Origin: Octopus vulgaris
Lineage: Eukaryota
DNA: 64,000 nucleotides
Reading direction: 5' to 3'
NCBI GenBank assembly: GCA_951406725.2
Contig: OX597827.1
Location: forward strand, 56,482,001-56,546,000
Part shown: positions 12,330 through 25,495 of the stretch, in pieces
Numbering within the stretch: the first letter of the stretch is position 1
How the letters are laid out: every line of letters begins with the position of its first letter
The notes under the pieces: generated by a model
Databases searched by the model: none
The model's input: the letters and a program-made list of their open reading frames with translations, nothing else
What the model was told of the DNA's origin: nothing
Made by a program: the position numbers and the translations under genes

Positions 12330-14547
12330 TATACTATAATTAAAATAGTTATTAGAACGGTATATTGGAAGAAAGGCGGCGAGCTGGCAGAAACGTTAGC
12401 ACGCCGGACGAAATGCCGTTACGTTGTGAGTTCAAATTCCGCCGAGGTCGACTTTGCCTTTCATCCTTTCGGGGTCAATTAAGTAAGTACCAGTTACGCA
12501 CTGGGGTCGATAAAATCGACTTAATACCTATGTCTGTCCCCTCTATGTTTAGCCCCTTGTGTGTAATAAAGAAATAGGTATATTGGAAGAAAGGGTGGAA
12601 TATCATAATAAAATATATTGGGCGATCTTTCGTATTACAGTTGCAGTCTGCCTTCCCACGCCCTCATCTTCTGCTCCCCACCCAGTTTTGCAAGTCCACC
12701 CATCTACTTTACTCGCCTCGTGCCTTGATGGGTCATCTGGACACTTAATCCCCACTATTTATCTCTTCACAATTCTTACTGATAATTCCCCCCCACCTCC
12801 TCCTATATGAGTAGTCATGTTGTTTTCTACTAGAACCTGCTCTTCTCCATTCTCTCATCCCCTAGCATAAAACCGACTCCCACTCCTTCGGGTTACTTAG
12901 TCATGCGAGAAAAGCACTCAGTACACGTTGTAAAGTGGTTGGCGTTAGGAAGGGTATCCAGCTATAGAAATTTTACAAAAGCAGGCACTGAAACACGATA
13001 CAGTCCTTGGAGCCATCGAATCTTGTGAAACCATCCAACCCATACCAGATTGGAACATGGACGTTAAAGGACGACGACGACGAAGAAATGCGAACAACGA
13101 AGTCAAAAGAAATTACTATCCTATGTATTGTCGATTATTAACTATTGTGATTTTCTTTCACTTTTATTCATTCCACTTACATTCATTTTGTTTCTGACAT
13201 TTTTTGATGTACATAAGGCAAAAGATTGTTATACCTTGTATTATGTAGCTATAGCTCTTTGCGATCAAATTCCACAGCCACTTACTTTTTATTTTAAAAT
13301 CGTAGTCAGTGTACAAAAATGTTGTTGGTTACATGTCTCCAAAAGCTAATCACTGATTAACGCATTCCTAACAGCGAAAATGACAATAGCGTGTCTATAA
13401 GTCGATGCTGAACAAATATCTGAGTGACTTCATAAAGTACGAGGTTTTTCGTCAAAATGCATACCTCAGATCTTGTTAAATTTCTTCCACCACTTGAAAC
13501 TTACCTTGGTGTAGTTTTGCATGCGATTTTCGCATTCATTTAGATATTCATAATAAAGTCACAAGCATTTTAAGTTACGTAATTTTAGCCAATCGAAAAC
13601 GTCCATTGTTAACATATCGTCTGTGCTGATCTCCATGGCAATAGAGTTCGGTGCACATACGAAACCTTTACATGGTTTCTCGACATGGTAGAAATAGCAG
13701 CCAAATCTTCCTTTAACTACATCACAAGGTCCAAAAAAAAAAAACAAAGAGGACGGACCATTGTGTCACAGCACTATACATTTCCTCGCTTGAGGCAGAT
13801 CCGAGTGCTATTAATATCTAAGTTAAAGTCAATTTCCACGGATGTAATCTTTTATCGATCTTACAATCCTCGGAACATTAATTGGGCATAACAGCTCAAT
13901 ATTAAGTGTACTTTCTTTTTTTCTCATGATAAAATCAACAAAGTTTGATGGTGGAGAAAGAATTACCTGAAAGGAAAAGGTGGTAACCAATTCTTTCATT
14001 ACCACAAACTCTGAAATGATGTACACATACATATACACGAAAGGCTTCCACACAGTTTGTGTTTACCACATTCCACCCATAGAGTATTGATTGATTAGTC
14101 AATCCAAGGCTAGGGCAGAAAATACTAGCTCGAGATCCTGTGCTGTGGAATCGAAGATCTCAAAATTGCAATCTTCGGAGACCATTTTTTAACAGTAAAT
14201 CTGTTCAAAATTACTTATTGATGGAAGTGGAAATCTGGCAAAGAGGACTTTGGTATACATTTTTAGTAAAGATGAGGCTTCTAAAAATATCAGTTACAAC
14301 TAGGTTCGTAGCTACACCCCCTATCGCTTCTGAAATTTTTTTTCGCAACAAATTCCGATATAATTGGAATCTACACCATCTGACTGGAGTTTGTAGAAAA
14401 TTTCATTAAAAAATATCAATTTTTCCCCCCTGAAAGTCGGAGGGGATCTTTTCTTTTTGATGGACGGAATTTTCTAGTTGACTAAAAAATTTGAAACTTC
14501 GTATACTGGTAGAATGTGTCAAAAGAAAACATTATTGTAAACAAAAT

Positions 14548-14715
14548 TGTAATTTGTAACTTTAACGTAGTTTAATTCTTCGAATTTTAACCAATGAAAT
14601 CCGAGCATTTGAGCTCAAATCATTTGCTGCGTTATTGATATTGATAAAGAAACATAGCAGACGAATGCCGCATACACACACACACACATATTCAGATACA
14701 TACACACGTACACTT

Positions 14716-14750
<35 letters not shown>

Positions 14751-15432
14751 CTGTCACTCTCTCTCTCTCTCTCTCTCTCAAACACATGCATATACATTTG
14801 CACAAGCACATAGTAATTACTAGATAAGCGTACACACACATACAAACGGAGATATACATACACACACATACGCACACAAGCATACATACACGTTCGTGAG
14901 TTGCCCCTTGCCGCAACATATTTACACAAAAGGTAAATAAACCAGAAAGGGGGGGGGGTTAATGTTTCATCGTTTCGGGGTCGATAAATTAAGTACCAAT
15001 TACGCACTGGTGTCGAGGATTTTTTCCGCAATTTATATCACAGCTTCCGACAAGCTGGGGCATCCTTTTATGAAAAAATCTTTCGCAAATTTTTACAATA
15101 CGACTCACACTCCACGCACAAACTCTAGACCGCTTTAGGCATATTATCGTTTTGTTTTTGTTGTTTCTGGCCCTTCAAAACCATGGGAGGAGCCTTTTCG
15201 GTAAAAAAAGAAGAAAGAAAATATTCAAAAAATATGGTTAATATTTTTATTGGGCGACGAAATTCATCGATTTAAGAGATATAGCTGTTATTTCTAGCAG
15301 AAGACAGAAGCGAGAAGGATGAATAAGATGTGTGTGTGAGTTTTTAGACGCAGCAAATGATTTGAGCTCGAATGCTAGGATTTCATTGGTTAAAATTCGA
15401 AGAATTAAACTACGTTAAAGTTACAAATTACA
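14548..15432. mobile_element. Long-TIR non-autonomous DNA element (85-bp inverted ends)
   Basis: 14548-14632 and 15348-15432 are inverted copies with 2 mismatches; the interior is microsatellite plus a SINE fragment. Confidence 0.65.
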
Positions 15433-15949
15433 TCCGTCGGAGGAGGGGCATACTTGTGTAGGTATGACATTTACAACAAATTAAAGCACTTTTATACAGA
15501 ACAGTATTCAATCGAATTAAAAACTAATTACAGAATATGTTTTCAAGGGCAAATTTTTATAATTACATTAAAGTGAAAAACATTCTTTTATGGGTTTTGA
15601 ATGAATATGATCACCAAAACCATCGGAAATCACTCATTCCTTAGATAAACCCCTTTCTGCAGCCCCCCCCTCCAGATGTATAATAGTAAAATTTACCTTT
15701 AAAACGAATACGCCTGAAAATTAATGAAAATAAAAATCAACTATCGCATGTGTTACGTTCCAACCCCACCCGCGATAGGTGAAAATCCGCGAAGTAGAAA
15801 CAGTACTGTACTGTATATTTTTTAAAATTATAATTTGCATATAATTACGAATGCTTAGATAATAAACCGCGATATGGCAAGGGATTGCTATATTATAGAC
15901 TTGGATTTCTGGCAAAAAAATTATTGAAAGTATTTACCAGATTAATTTA

Positions 15950-16371
15950 CAGGCCTACCTCAACTTACGTCGTTTGGAAATAAGTCTTTTTCGATTTTAG
16001 CTGATCTTTTGAGAAATTAATGTTAAAAAGAAAACTAATCCTCAACTTCACTCGATTTATCCAACTTTACATTAGTCGCAGCGAACATTTTCAAAGCCAT
16101 TAAAAATGTATTAATACCCCAAAACCCAAAATCAAGTACGGCGAAAGTAAAGAATACGTACACCCGTTGTTTAGGGTTAGGGTTTTTGTTACGCCGAAAA
16201 CGAGTGGTGTACATATTCTTTATCTCCGCCATTAAATACATGTGAAAGTATGTACAGAATAATTTATTAAAATAGATATAAGCTAACAATTTAAAAAAAA
16301 AATTTACGTTGTTCCTCGAGTTAAGTCGCATGTCACGGAACCAACAACCGACGTAAGTTGAGGTGTACCCG
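15950..16371. mobile_element. Tigger/pogo-type MITE
   Basis: TA|CAGGCCTACCTCAACTTACGTCG ... CGACGTAAGTTGAGGTGTACCCG|TA. Confidence 0.75.
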
Positions 16372-16648
16372 TAATTTGTTTTATATTCACCGCGCTTAAT
16401 GTGTTGAAAACGAGGCTCTAATAAAATATTTACTTTCCGGTTTTACACGAACACAACCGAAGCGGCAAATATAAACAAGGAAAAGTTATACTGAATCGCT
16501 TAATTATTATTGCTATGATTTCAATGAATAATGTTAAGCAATAAAATTCCAAAAACTTTTAATGAATTGTTTTGGGTTGACAGAATCTACAAATAAATAA
16601 TTCGTTCGTGCGACTGATTGTTAATATTTATTTTTAAGCATAGCAAAT

Positions 16649-16693
16649 ATGGATGAACAGAAAACTGTTCAAACTCCGAAAGGATCATCTAAA
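16649..16693 (+). CDS. SFR1: SFR1 (Swi5-dependent recombination repair protein 1 / MEI5) probable first coding exon
   Basis: ATG at 16649, MDEQKTVQTPKGSSK, then a consensus |gtaagt donor; phase 0 matches the next exon. Confidence 0.75.
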
Positions 16694-19382
16694 GTAAGTA
16701 TTGCTTTTGTTTTTCATTGAACTTATATAAAAATTGGATAATTATCGCCTCTATTTTTCCTTACAGTAATTTCAGACTTTTTTAAAAATATCGTTCCTTC
16801 CTGTCATGAACAAGCTGCATTAAACTAAAAACAACTTAATTTAGATTTGAAAATAAGAAAAATTAAATGCTTGTACAATATTAAAGCTGTTTATATCAAT
16901 GAGCTATTTAGAATACTTTGCATTGTGTAATTTCTGTCTGACTGTTTTGAGTTTGAGGTGCACTGAGATTAATTTTGGCGAAGAATGCCATGAAAGATGG
17001 ATTTTTTTCTTTATTTCTAACGTCTGGATGTTGATAGTTTACTTAGTTAAAGCTAATATTATCGCCTGACTCCCACCCACCTAATAAAAAACGTTAGTTG
17101 ATTTAATTAAAATTAGACACCGAAGTCGATCCATTTGACAACATACCTATATAACAACTGATTTTTTGTTTGTGTTTTTGAGTTTATTAAAATATTTTTA
17201 CAGGAAGAAAAGCAAGTTGTTTATAATACAAATGGTAAATGTCTCGAGCTATTGTACAACCTTATTTTGTATCGCAGTCAAAGCTAATTCCTAAGTCGAT
17301 ATGATAAATATCAGTCTTCTTAAATTAGTCGTTGCCGTTTTCAGATGCAAGAGACTCACTGGATAATGTATCTCTAGATGCGTAGTGTTTGAAAGAAGCT
17401 ACTGAATTATCATGGCTAGATGGCTCATGATGGTAGGTCTGCCACTATGGCAGATATCCACATATATCTTGTCGGTTGATATGTATATAATGCATGTATG
17501 TGGTAGTGTGTGATTTGAAGGAGATTTGGTTGCTTTTCCTGACAAGTCAAACAACCATGTAGAAGTTCCATTTTCACTGTATCGAGATGATATGTAGTCA
17601 AACTTCAGTGTAATTTAAACTTGAAATAAAGCATCTAGATCGGCTCTACTATTTATCTGAAATCTTCATTTGACATGTGCTTTGTAGATTCCATCTAGAC
17701 CAGTTGTTCTCAACCACTTTTTACCTATGAACTGCTTCGATTCTTATTTTTACTCCGGACTCTCGTAACAATTCGGTTTCCATGCTGGCATAGGTTTGAC
17801 GGAAACTGGTAAGCCAGAGTTGCACCAAGCTCCCGTCTGTTTTGGCTCAGTTTCTATGGCTGGATACCGTTCCAAATGCCAACCACTCCACTGTGTACTG
17901 AGTGCCTTTCATATGTCACCGGCACTAATCGTGAATACGACTTCACTGAGCTTGACTTGTCTTCTCAAGCACAGCAAATAGCCAACAGCTTTAGTCATTT
18001 GTCATCACCTCTGTGAGACTCAGCATCCGAAGATCCATATTTCATCACCTCATCCCACGTCTTCCTGGGTCTACCTCTTCCAACAAATTCCCTCCACCTT
18101 TGGTTTTTTAAAAATTTCTTTTCGTGGTAAGGATGTTGGCCCTATGCAAACCTATTTTTACCTCTAGGAAGAAGTGCTCCATATTAGTCTGGCCTCTATC
18201 ATTTGACTTGTTCAGAATAGGAGCTCCTACAAGGAGTTAGTGCTCTGCTGGCATTGATGTCAGGTTTATTGAGACATACAAACCATCATACCACAATAAG
18301 GACTGTACCTTGTGATGGTTTTCATCCTCTTGACATCAATAATAGAAGCTGTCTAGGGCAATGAATTGGCAGAAATTGTTAAAGCATTAAATGAGATGCC
18401 TTGTATAATTCCAGCTTTCGCATTCTGAATTCTTAGCTGGTTGAGTTAATCCATTACTTGACTTAACCCTACTGTCCATTCTTTGGATGCCTTTAGCAGA
18501 GTTCTTTTGCAAGCATTTGGGGTAGGTCTTCAGTTTCAGGACAACTTCTTTCTTTTCTCTCACCAGTCCTGAAAAATAAAAGGTAAGTCATGACACATGA
18601 ATGGTTGTGTGTAAGAAGTTTGCTTCCATGGTTCTGGGTTCAATCCCACTGTGTGGTACCTTGGACAAATGTCTTCTGCTATAGCCCTAGGCCAATCAAA
18701 ACCTTGTCAGTAGATTTGATAGATGGAAACTACTATATGTATGCACATATATTTAAAAAATACCAGGGATGGAAAAGGTAAATAAAGACTACATCTGTTT
18801 CATAGCTAAACTTTGTCTTATATAATTTGTAACACATGAAACCTGTTTAGCTAATCCTCAGGTCCAGTTACCTTTTTGTCATCTGTACTAGTTGTGTACA
18901 TGATACTTACTAACTTCCTGTACCCAGATCTTTTCAGATTGCACTAGCCTATAACTATGTATATATGTAAGTGTTGTGTCTCCTTGTCTTGACACCGTGT
19001 GATGGTTGTAAATGATTATCATTGTTATACAAGCAGTGTTATTTATTTCCAGTACTCTGCATGAACGTGTCTGGCCATGGGAAAATATTACATTGCTTGG
19101 TAACATGGAAAGGTGAGGGTTAGCGACAGGAGCAGCATCCAGCTGTGGAAAATCTGCTTCAGTAAACTCCATCCACCCCATGCAACATGAAAAAGTTGAT
19201 GTTAAAATGGGAACAATCAGGTCATGGATGATGCCCCTTTCTCCTTGACTAAGTGGAAAGAAAAGATTTTTGTTTAATACTAGTATAGTCTTTCTTTCAG
19301 GATGGTATGAAAGAAAATAAAATATTTGAACTTTAACCACCAACAATTCTGTTTTTTATTTTATTTTCATTTCTTTATTCAG

Positions 19383-20072
19383 CTGAGTTCATCTCTGAAA
19401 GAACGTCTGAAGAAATGTGGACGCTATTATTCCCCAGCTGTTTTAAAGAATGCCAGCAACCCTCTTAATCAAACCCAGCCTTGTACACCTGATGCTAAAG
19501 CAACAGCATTTTCAACAAGGTCTTTAAACTGTATCACTCCAAGTTCTGCTGGTAGCCCTCAACTTAACCAAAGAACTCCTGTAGAAAATTATCCCTCGTC
19601 ATTGCTACTTACTCCAAACTCATCCAAATTCCACAGACATCAGCTTCAAGAAGCAAGTTCACTTCTAACTCCAGTTTTGCGGAAGAAAAACTTCCACGGA
19701 CAGCAGGATCTGAGAATTCCCAAAGCCAAGCGAATGTGTTTGGCATCACCAACTTCAGAGGATCCTGTTGCCTCTACTGGACAAGAAGGCCAATGTCTGG
19801 GAGCAACAGGTACAGATACTAATAAGGTCTGTGATATTTTAGGAGAAGGAAATGACGAAGCTAATGAGAAATTAGCAGTGAATAGTCTTTTAGTGGATCA
19901 TGAAAAAGACGATAGTCGAAATGACTCTGATGACAAGTTGGCTGTGATAACTGGGAATTGTGAAAGTTCCAACTTAGAACTCCGAAGGAGGAAATCTTAT
20001 TTAGAGAAATTACTGAAAGAAAAACGAGAGCACTTGAGAAAACTTAATATGGTGAAGCTGTACAGATCAAAG
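19383..20072 (+). CDS. SFR1: SFR1 coding exon 2
   Basis: ttcag|LSSSLKERLKK ... LEKLLKEKREHLRKLNMVKLYRSK|gtaaag resembles the conserved SFR1 segments SxTLRERLRK and LRRLKLVKMYRSK; 690 nt, phase 0/0. Confidence 0.92.
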
Positions 20073-20861
20073 GTAAAGGCATCCTCTTTTTATATACCTT
20101 TTTGTCAAAAAGGAAGGGCAACAGATATGTTATCTATTAATAGATGTAGATCTTGCTGTATTTTGGGACTAGTTGCAGTTCTGAGATTATCTCTACTTTT
20201 ATGATACAAAACCTCTTGTTTTAAAATGTTCATAGTTAACTTGAAATTTTTTATCATAATGTGAGAATGTGCTGTTAAGTTACTTTCCAAACACCAGCTT
20301 AGTAATGACAAAGTGTTTTTTTTTTTTATTAAAACCTTCCAAATTCTTAGTTATTTAAAAAATTTATGAAAACTTATACGTATTGTATTTCATTAGAAAT
20401 GTAATCATAAATTCCGATTTTTGGCAATTTTCCGGAATTTTCCGTAATCTCCGTATCCGAAATTTTTTTTAAAAACAATAATTTTTGAGAAAATGGGTGT
20501 GGGGAAGAAGTCCTTTCCTTTCTGCATGCTTTCGCAAGTGAGAAAACTACCGAAGTTGTGAGGTTTCATCTCTGCAAACATGTGTGATACTTTAATTAAC
20601 TATTGCAACCAAAGGTCCACTATTTATTTGTGGTCTCGAGAAACTTGGAAAGTTGGTTTCAAAGTCAGCCACATTCTCTCTTTCCAAATTATCTGTATCA
20701 GGCAGCAAGACATGGAATTGGCGGAGATGAGACTGGACATAGGAGTTGCCAGAGACTTGATTAGAGTTCGGCAAGAAAAACTGCGTGTGACCTCAACTGA
20801 TATTTCTGACTGGGTTGTTTCCCCTTAGCTTTCAGACATCCTCGGCATTTTATTTTTATTG

Positions 20862-21215
20862 TTATTATTATTGTTGTTGTTCAGGTCACTGCTTGGAATC
20901 GAACTCTGGATCTTGGGGTTTAGTAGCCTGCGCTCTTAACCACTACGCCATATGCTCGTGGCCTAGTGGTTAAGAGCATGGGCTACTAACCGAGTTCTAT
21001 TCCAAGTTCTATTCCAAGCAGTGACCTGAACAACAACAGTAATAATAATAATAACATTGAAAAATACCTTAGGAATGAGAACCCAGGTTCGAAATTTCCC
21101 CAAGACACTTGAAGGCTGGAGGGTATATCAGCCGAAACGTTGTGTTAACAATAAACAAGATGAAGACATATGTCCATCTAATGTAAATAATTCCTCATCT
21201 CTTAAATATAGAACT
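20862..21215. mobile_element. Inverted pair of tRNA-like heads followed by a hammerhead-bearing tail
   Basis: 20862-20950 is the reverse complement of ~20959-21050. The left copy (minus strand) has A-box TGGCGTAGTGG and B-box GAGTTCGATTCC. Hammerhead remnant at 21104. Confidence 0.65.
21104..21146 (+). ncRNA. Decayed minimal hammerhead motif
   Basis: GACAC-(uuga, damaged CUGANGA)-A GGCUG gagggUauau CAGCC-GAAA-C-GUU-GUGUU. Confidence 0.55.
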
Positions 21216-21746
21216 AAATTATGTTTTTATTGATAACTGTTTCATTAATACTTAATAGGCAGAAATGGTAGCATTTTCTGAGCAAATTTCCCAGTAAGAT
21301 TGATTTAAACATTCATCCTTCAAGAGTCAAGAAAATAATTACCAATTAAGTATTAATTTCATTGACTTCTCCCCAACCCCACTTCATATAATATAAACAT
21401 TTCTAACCTTGTGTATGTGTTAGAAATCATTATTATTTAATTTTTTATTTAAAATTTTGGCACAAAGCCAGTAATTTCAGAGGAAGGGATAAGCCTATTG
21501 CATCAACCCCAGTACTCAACTGGTACTTATTCTATCGACCCCCGAAAGGATGAAAGACAAAAATAAACCTCAGCAGAATTTGAACTCACAACGTAAAGAC
21601 AGACAAAAACGTTGCTAAGCATTTTGCCAGCATGCTAACAATTCTGCCAGCTCACTGCTTTCCAATTGTTTGATCATTAATTTATTAATTGTTATGTTTA
21701 AGTGACATTCTTGTTAATTTCCTTTTTATCATTTTTTTGTTTACAG

Positions 21747-21926
21747 AATGATTTTGCAAACCTTGATGATCTTATTCTGAAGTGGACTCAAGTGTGTCAG
21801 CAAGTGCTGGTTGATCTTCACTCTAAAGTACCAGAACCCAAACCTACTTTGACAGAATTCATCAAATATTTCAATATTGACTTTGATTTCATTAAATTTA
21901 ATCCCGAAAATGAAACATTCTTGTAG
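21747..21926 (+). CDS. SFR1: SFR1 last coding exon (Mei5 C-terminal domain)
   Basis: ttacag|NDFANLDDLILKWTQVCQQVLVDLHSK...LTEFIKYFNIDFDFIKFNPENETFL* resembles the vertebrate SFR1 C-terminus (NDLSQLQLLIKKW...). Spliced product ~304 aa. Confidence 0.93.
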   Translation, partial: NDFANLDDLILKWTQVCQQVLVDLHSKVPEPKPTLTEFIKYFNIDFDFIKFNPENETFL

Positions 21927-24671
21927 ATAAGAGAAAAAGAGTATATGTGTGTGTGTATGTATATACACATATACATATCATCATCATAATCACCATCATC
22001 TTTACAATCTATACACATGATGCAACTAGTTGTGTGAAATGCTATCTCAAAACGACAGATGCAATATTTTGTAACAAAGAAGAGAAAATTAGTTTCTTCC
22101 TTGTGATACATTGACTGAAATTAATATTTATAATGAATTTCGAGGTGGTGAGTGGGTAGAATCGTTAGCAAGCCTGGCAAAATGCTTAACAGCATTTTGT
22201 CTGTCTTCATGTTTTGAGTTCAGATTCTGCTGCAGTCGACTTGGCCTTTCTTCGTTTCAGGGTTAAATAAAGTAAGTGCCAGTTGAGCACTAGGGTCAAT
22301 GTTATCGGCTTACCCCCTCCACCAAGATTGCTGACCTTGTACCAAAATCAATATCTACGACAAATTTAAGGTGGCAAGCAGGCAGAATCATTAATATGCC
22401 AGGCAGAATGCTTATTGGCATTTCGTCCATCTGTACGTTCTGAGTTCAAATCTCATTGAGATCAGCTTTGCATTTCTTGCTTTTGGGGTCAGTAAAATAA
22501 ATACCAATTGAGTATTGGGGTTGATGTAATTGACTTACCCCCTTCCCTGAAATTACTGGCTTCGTGCCAAAATTTGAAATAATATTCTTGACAAATTTAT
22601 CATCTTTGATATGTGTACAAGTTCTCACGTAGTACACTCTGAATAAACAGTCCTGCAACACTGGCAGTTACTCTCTTCACATTGACTTGTCTGGTTTATC
22701 CAGTATCCAGCCTCACAGAGTCAGGGTTAACAAAGGCTTTTGTGTATCATAAAAAAAACTACATATTCTCATACTCACATACACACTGCTAGTAATTTAC
22801 TTTAATTTTCAATAAAGCAACAATATTTGTTTATAATTTAGTATTTTAATTTTTTATAATCCAACTTTTTTTTTTAATTAGCTGTGATGTGAATGGATGG
22901 TGCTAATTACAAAGTAACGATTTCAATGATTACATATGATAATGAATGTACGTTGTGTTCAAGGGACATTACTCTGACATACATTATTTAACTGAAAAGT
23001 AGGTTGTGTGACGCTAAACCGTAAAACTTCCCACATTTACTTTTTATTATTTTATATTGCATTTTATAAAACAATGGCATTGTTGGCTACAGGTTTCTAG
23101 TGGCCTTTCACTGAAGGACAGTGAGCCAGTTATTGACATTTAAGGTAATTACTACACAAAGTATTTTTGTTGAAAGTACTGATATATTGATTTTCTTGCT
23201 GATATTTACATCTGTTACAACATATCATCATCATTGTTTTAACGTCTATTTTTACATGCTTGCAAGGGTTAGACGGAATTTTGTTGTGGAAGATTTTCTA
23301 CAAGACCTTCCTATTGCTAACCCTCACCTGTTTTCAAATAAAGTAATAATGTCCCCATGACCAGACATGTTTTCTGGGAAGACTGGAAATGAAGGATGCT
23401 GCTTGTATGATTGTGTGCTGTAGAGGCAAGGAAACAGTAACACATACATTGGAAAATACAGGTATATCAAATACTTTACAACATAAATTCTTGATGTGTT
23501 AAAATTATCTCTGCTGCTAAAATACTTATAATTACCAAATGTCAATTATTGAGAACAGCTCCATTTAAGAGGGGAAAATAATCTCAACAACCAAGTATTT
23601 TCCAGAGTTGACATGCCATTAAGGAAATGGACAGGCTTGGAGAAGGTAGACAGTTATAGACCTGTTTCTGCCTCAATAGGTGTCTTTAGCCTGACAGTTG
23701 TCTCAACTAGCCAAAGGACACAGGCATATACAAGAGTAAAGTGCATTTATGGCTTAGAGAGCGAAAATAGTTTTCATTTTAAGAGGGTTAAAAAAAAACA
23801 AATTGCTTAACAGGTTACTATGTTGTGATTGTTCAAAATAAAGCACAAATGTAATTAATTTAAGCACATTTTGCTAAACATGTCAAAAAGGAAAAGTAAA
23901 AGCTTACAGACTAATAACATCGTCATTGTTTCTTTTGCATGCACAATGGGTCAAATGAAATTTATTGAAGATTTTCCAAGGCTGGATGCCCTTCCTGTTT
24001 CCAAAAAGCATAATATTACCCACTAAACAGATATGTTTTCATAGGATTTGGGAAACAAAAGATGCTGGTGACACTCAATTACAACTACCATGTCAAAGCA
24101 AAGAGACAGTGACACACCTACACATATATACAAGATTCTTTCAGTTTCTGTCTACTAAATCCATTTAGAAAGCTTTGGTTGTCCTGGGGCTATAGTAGAA
24201 GACTCTTGCCTGAAGTGCCTCACTGGGATTGAATCTGGAACCATGTGACTGGGAAACAAACTTCTTACCACACAGCTGTGTTTGTGCCCAGTAATCATGC
24301 CAAAATTTCTGATTGGCTTAAATAACACCCTTCATTGTGGTGAAACTAATGTAACAGCATGAATTTGGCATAGGTTGAGGAGTGATCACTAAACTTTTCA
24401 ATCTGAAGTCAGATTGTGAAGATGTAGCTGTGTGGTAAGAAGTTTATTTACTAACTACATAATTGCAGGTTCAGCCCCACTGCATAACACCTTGGGTAAG
24501 TGTTTTCTAAAGCCTGAAGCTGACTAGTCTTGTGAGTGGATTTAGTTGATGAAGCTTGTGTGTATATGTGTATATATATATACTGGAGTAAACACATAAA
24601 TGTGAAACAAGGTGGAAAAAAAGAGTACTCAAATACCAGTTATTTAAAGCAGCGGAGAATTCTAGCAAAAA

Positions 24672-24709
24672 CTGTCTGATGAACGGCAACGAGAAACTCA
24701 GAGTAACAG
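24672..24709 (+). ncRNA. Minimal type-I hammerhead ribozyme motif
   Basis: CUGU-[CUGAUGA]-A CG GCAA CG A-[GAAA]-CUC A GAG-[UA]-ACAG; stem I extends as an imperfect ~36-bp helix (24640-24740). Confidence 0.75.
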
Positions 24710-24741
24710 ATTTTGTTGAATTTTCCGCTGCTTTAAATAAA

Positions 24742-24785
<44 letters not shown>

Positions 24786-25274
24786 CATCATCATCATTTA
24801 ACGTCTGTTTTCCATGCTAGCATGGGTTGGACAGTTCGACTGGGGTCTGGGAAGCCAGGAGGCTGCACCAGGCTCCAGTCTGATCTGGCAGTGAGTGTAG
24901 TGGGTGCTTTTTACGTGCCACTGGCACAGAAGCCATTCAAGGCGGCACTGGCATCGACCATGTATGGATGGTGCTTTTTACGTGAAATGAATAACAACAT
25001 GCAATGGATAATTGTCAGCTCATTACAGCTATTTCTTACACATCATTTTAATAGAAGAATGAGAACATTACTCCATTACAAAAAAAATGTAATCATCAGA
25101 TGAAACCTCATTTTACAAACAGAAGAATATACCAAGAATGCAGCAGGGATGTGGCTGAAGTCTACCAATACCAACTATGAAATGGGAGAATCCTCAACAA
25201 AGTTGGCCGTTGAGGTTAAGAATATAGTTTGTGAAAGTATGTAATATAATAATAATAAATAATAATAATAATAA

Positions 25275-25495
25275 TTGTGTACAGTGCTCAGGTGCACTAC
25301 AACTCATCTAAAGTGTATATATAATCAGGTGTAGTTTCGGCGGATTTCGGAAAGCATGAGGGCCTTAAAGGATGCAGTGTCATGGCAGTCAACAACTGAC
25401 GCAGGCTGTTTATTCCATGCTTCAGCAACTCTGAGCGTGAAAAAATTTTTCCGAAAGTCATGGGAGCTGTGTTGTTTTCTGGCTTTGTAGGCATA
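25275..25495 (-). mobile_element. Short 3' fragment of the same CR1-clade LINE
   Basis: Shares ttccatgcttcagcaactct-agcgtgaaaaaa...aagtcatgggagctgtg and acagtgctcaggtgca with 29970-30260. Confidence 0.75.

Noticed and set aside
19326-20204. SFR1 as a single 292-aa ORF
   Set aside because: The ORF ends lie in introns; the splice sites give 19383-20072 as an internal exon.
25070-25102. Minus-strand CUGAUGA followed by a UUACA/UGUAA stem
   Set aside because: No GAAA box or stem I.
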